Assembly: GCF_900232105.1 (NCBI RefSeq)
Contig: NZ_LT934425.1
Coordinates: forward strand, 3,630,001-3,662,000
DNA length: 32,000 nucleotides
From: Candidatus Kuenenia stuttgartensis
GTDB taxonomy: Bacteria; Planctomycetota; Brocadiia; Brocadiales; Brocadiaceae
Reading direction: 5' to 3'
Part shown: one piece after another, positions 31,482 through 32,000 of the stretch
Layout of the letters: each line of letters opens with the position of its first letter
Position numbering within the stretch: the stretch's first letter is position 1
Notes under the pieces: model-generated
The model's database searches: none
Told to the model about the DNA's origin: nothing
What the model saw: the letters and a program-made list of their open reading frames with translations, nothing else
Translations under genes and position numbers: made by a program

Positions 31482-31511
31482 TGTGCATCCTCTTTCTTAC
31501 GTTTTAACGAA

Positions 31512-31790
31512 TTAAGCTCGACTGGTAATTTCTATAAGGTGGTAGCCAAATTGCGTACAGATTGGTCCGTGAACTTTTCCTACTTCATCCCTGAATACTA
31601 CCTGGTCAAATTCCTTAACCATTTGCCCTGGTCCGAATTCTCCAAGATCTCCTCCCTGTTTGCCTGATGGACATTGCGAATACTGCTGGGCCATTGTTGC
31701 AAATTCTTCTCCATTTTGAATTTTTGATTTAATATCTTCGCATTCCTGTTGAGTTGAAACCAGAATATGACGCGCCCGTGCTCTTACCAT
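31512..31790 (-). CDS. ppiC: Parvulin-type peptidyl-prolyl cis-trans isomerase (PpiC-like)
   Basis: Start moved to the ATG at 31790 (MVRARARHILV), which is preceded by AAAGGAG. Motifs: ARHILV, CPSGKQGGDLGEFGPGQMVKEFD, TQFGYHLIEI. Length is 92 aa, typical for PpiC. Confidence 0.85.
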   Translation of the reverse strand: MVRARARHILVSTQQECEDIKSKIQNGEEFATMAQQYSQCPSGKQGGDLGEFGPGQMVKEFDQVVFRDEVGKVHGPICTQFGYHLIEITSRA

Positions 31791-32000
31791 GCGGTACTCC
31801 TTTCGTAGTTTAAAATGATTAATTATCTGTACTATTTCACTGAAAAATTGCATAAAAGCCGAATTTTATTTCTGGCTCTCGTTCACACATGTTAGGCCAA
31901 TAATTCTTTTTCCCCGGTTAAGAGCGGTGTTGAAGAAGGCCTTCAGCAACTCCACAAGGGGGATTTATGGAGTTGTTCCACACACCACATAAACTATTCA

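Overview
32-kb chromosomal window from a bacterium with heterogeneous, low-to-moderate GC. Taxonomy cannot be established from the sequence alone. All calls come from reading the ORF translations and the DNA by eye; no homology search, covariance model or folding program was run. About 27 CDSs are supportable. In order: (i) an AT-rich type II secretion / type IV pilus-like module (5'-partial secretin, two prepilin-type pseudopilins, GspK-like, GspL/PilM-PilN-like, GspM/PilO-like) followed by a TPR lipoprotein; (ii) a small secreted protein, a signal-peptide SAM methyltransferase and malate dehydrogenase; (iii) a membrane GGDEF diguanylate cyclase, a degenerate IS3 remnant, then a class-I c-di-GMP (GEMM-I) riboswitch with its own promoter and intrinsic terminator, sitting in front of a secreted PT-linker protein and a YjfB-like small protein; (iv) a DUF362-TM-ChaN-PDZ fusion and a 59-aa zinc-ribbon ORF that falls below the ORF-track cutoff; (v) alr, bioF, bioB and a TIM-barrel-like hypothetical on the minus strand; (vi) an ECF sigma / anti-sigma pair, a cyclase-family protein and a CDF metal exporter; (vii) a stand-alone Cys-type molybdopterin formate dehydrogenase alpha subunit; (viii) a Tat-signal DUF362 protein, a DUF465 protein and a parvulin PPIase. 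No rRNA, tRNA or CRISPR array was seen. The least ordinary content is intergenic. Two MITE-like families each have target-site duplications. A conserved ~29-nt box begins on the stop codon of several genes and is followed by heptamer-phased tandem repeats. A ~64-bp inverted pair brackets bioB. A ~113-bp direct repeat pair encloses tandem and inverted repeats between the CDF gene and fdhA. My best candidates for something new are the c-di-GMP riboswitch module and the stop-codon-anchored box with its heptamer elements.
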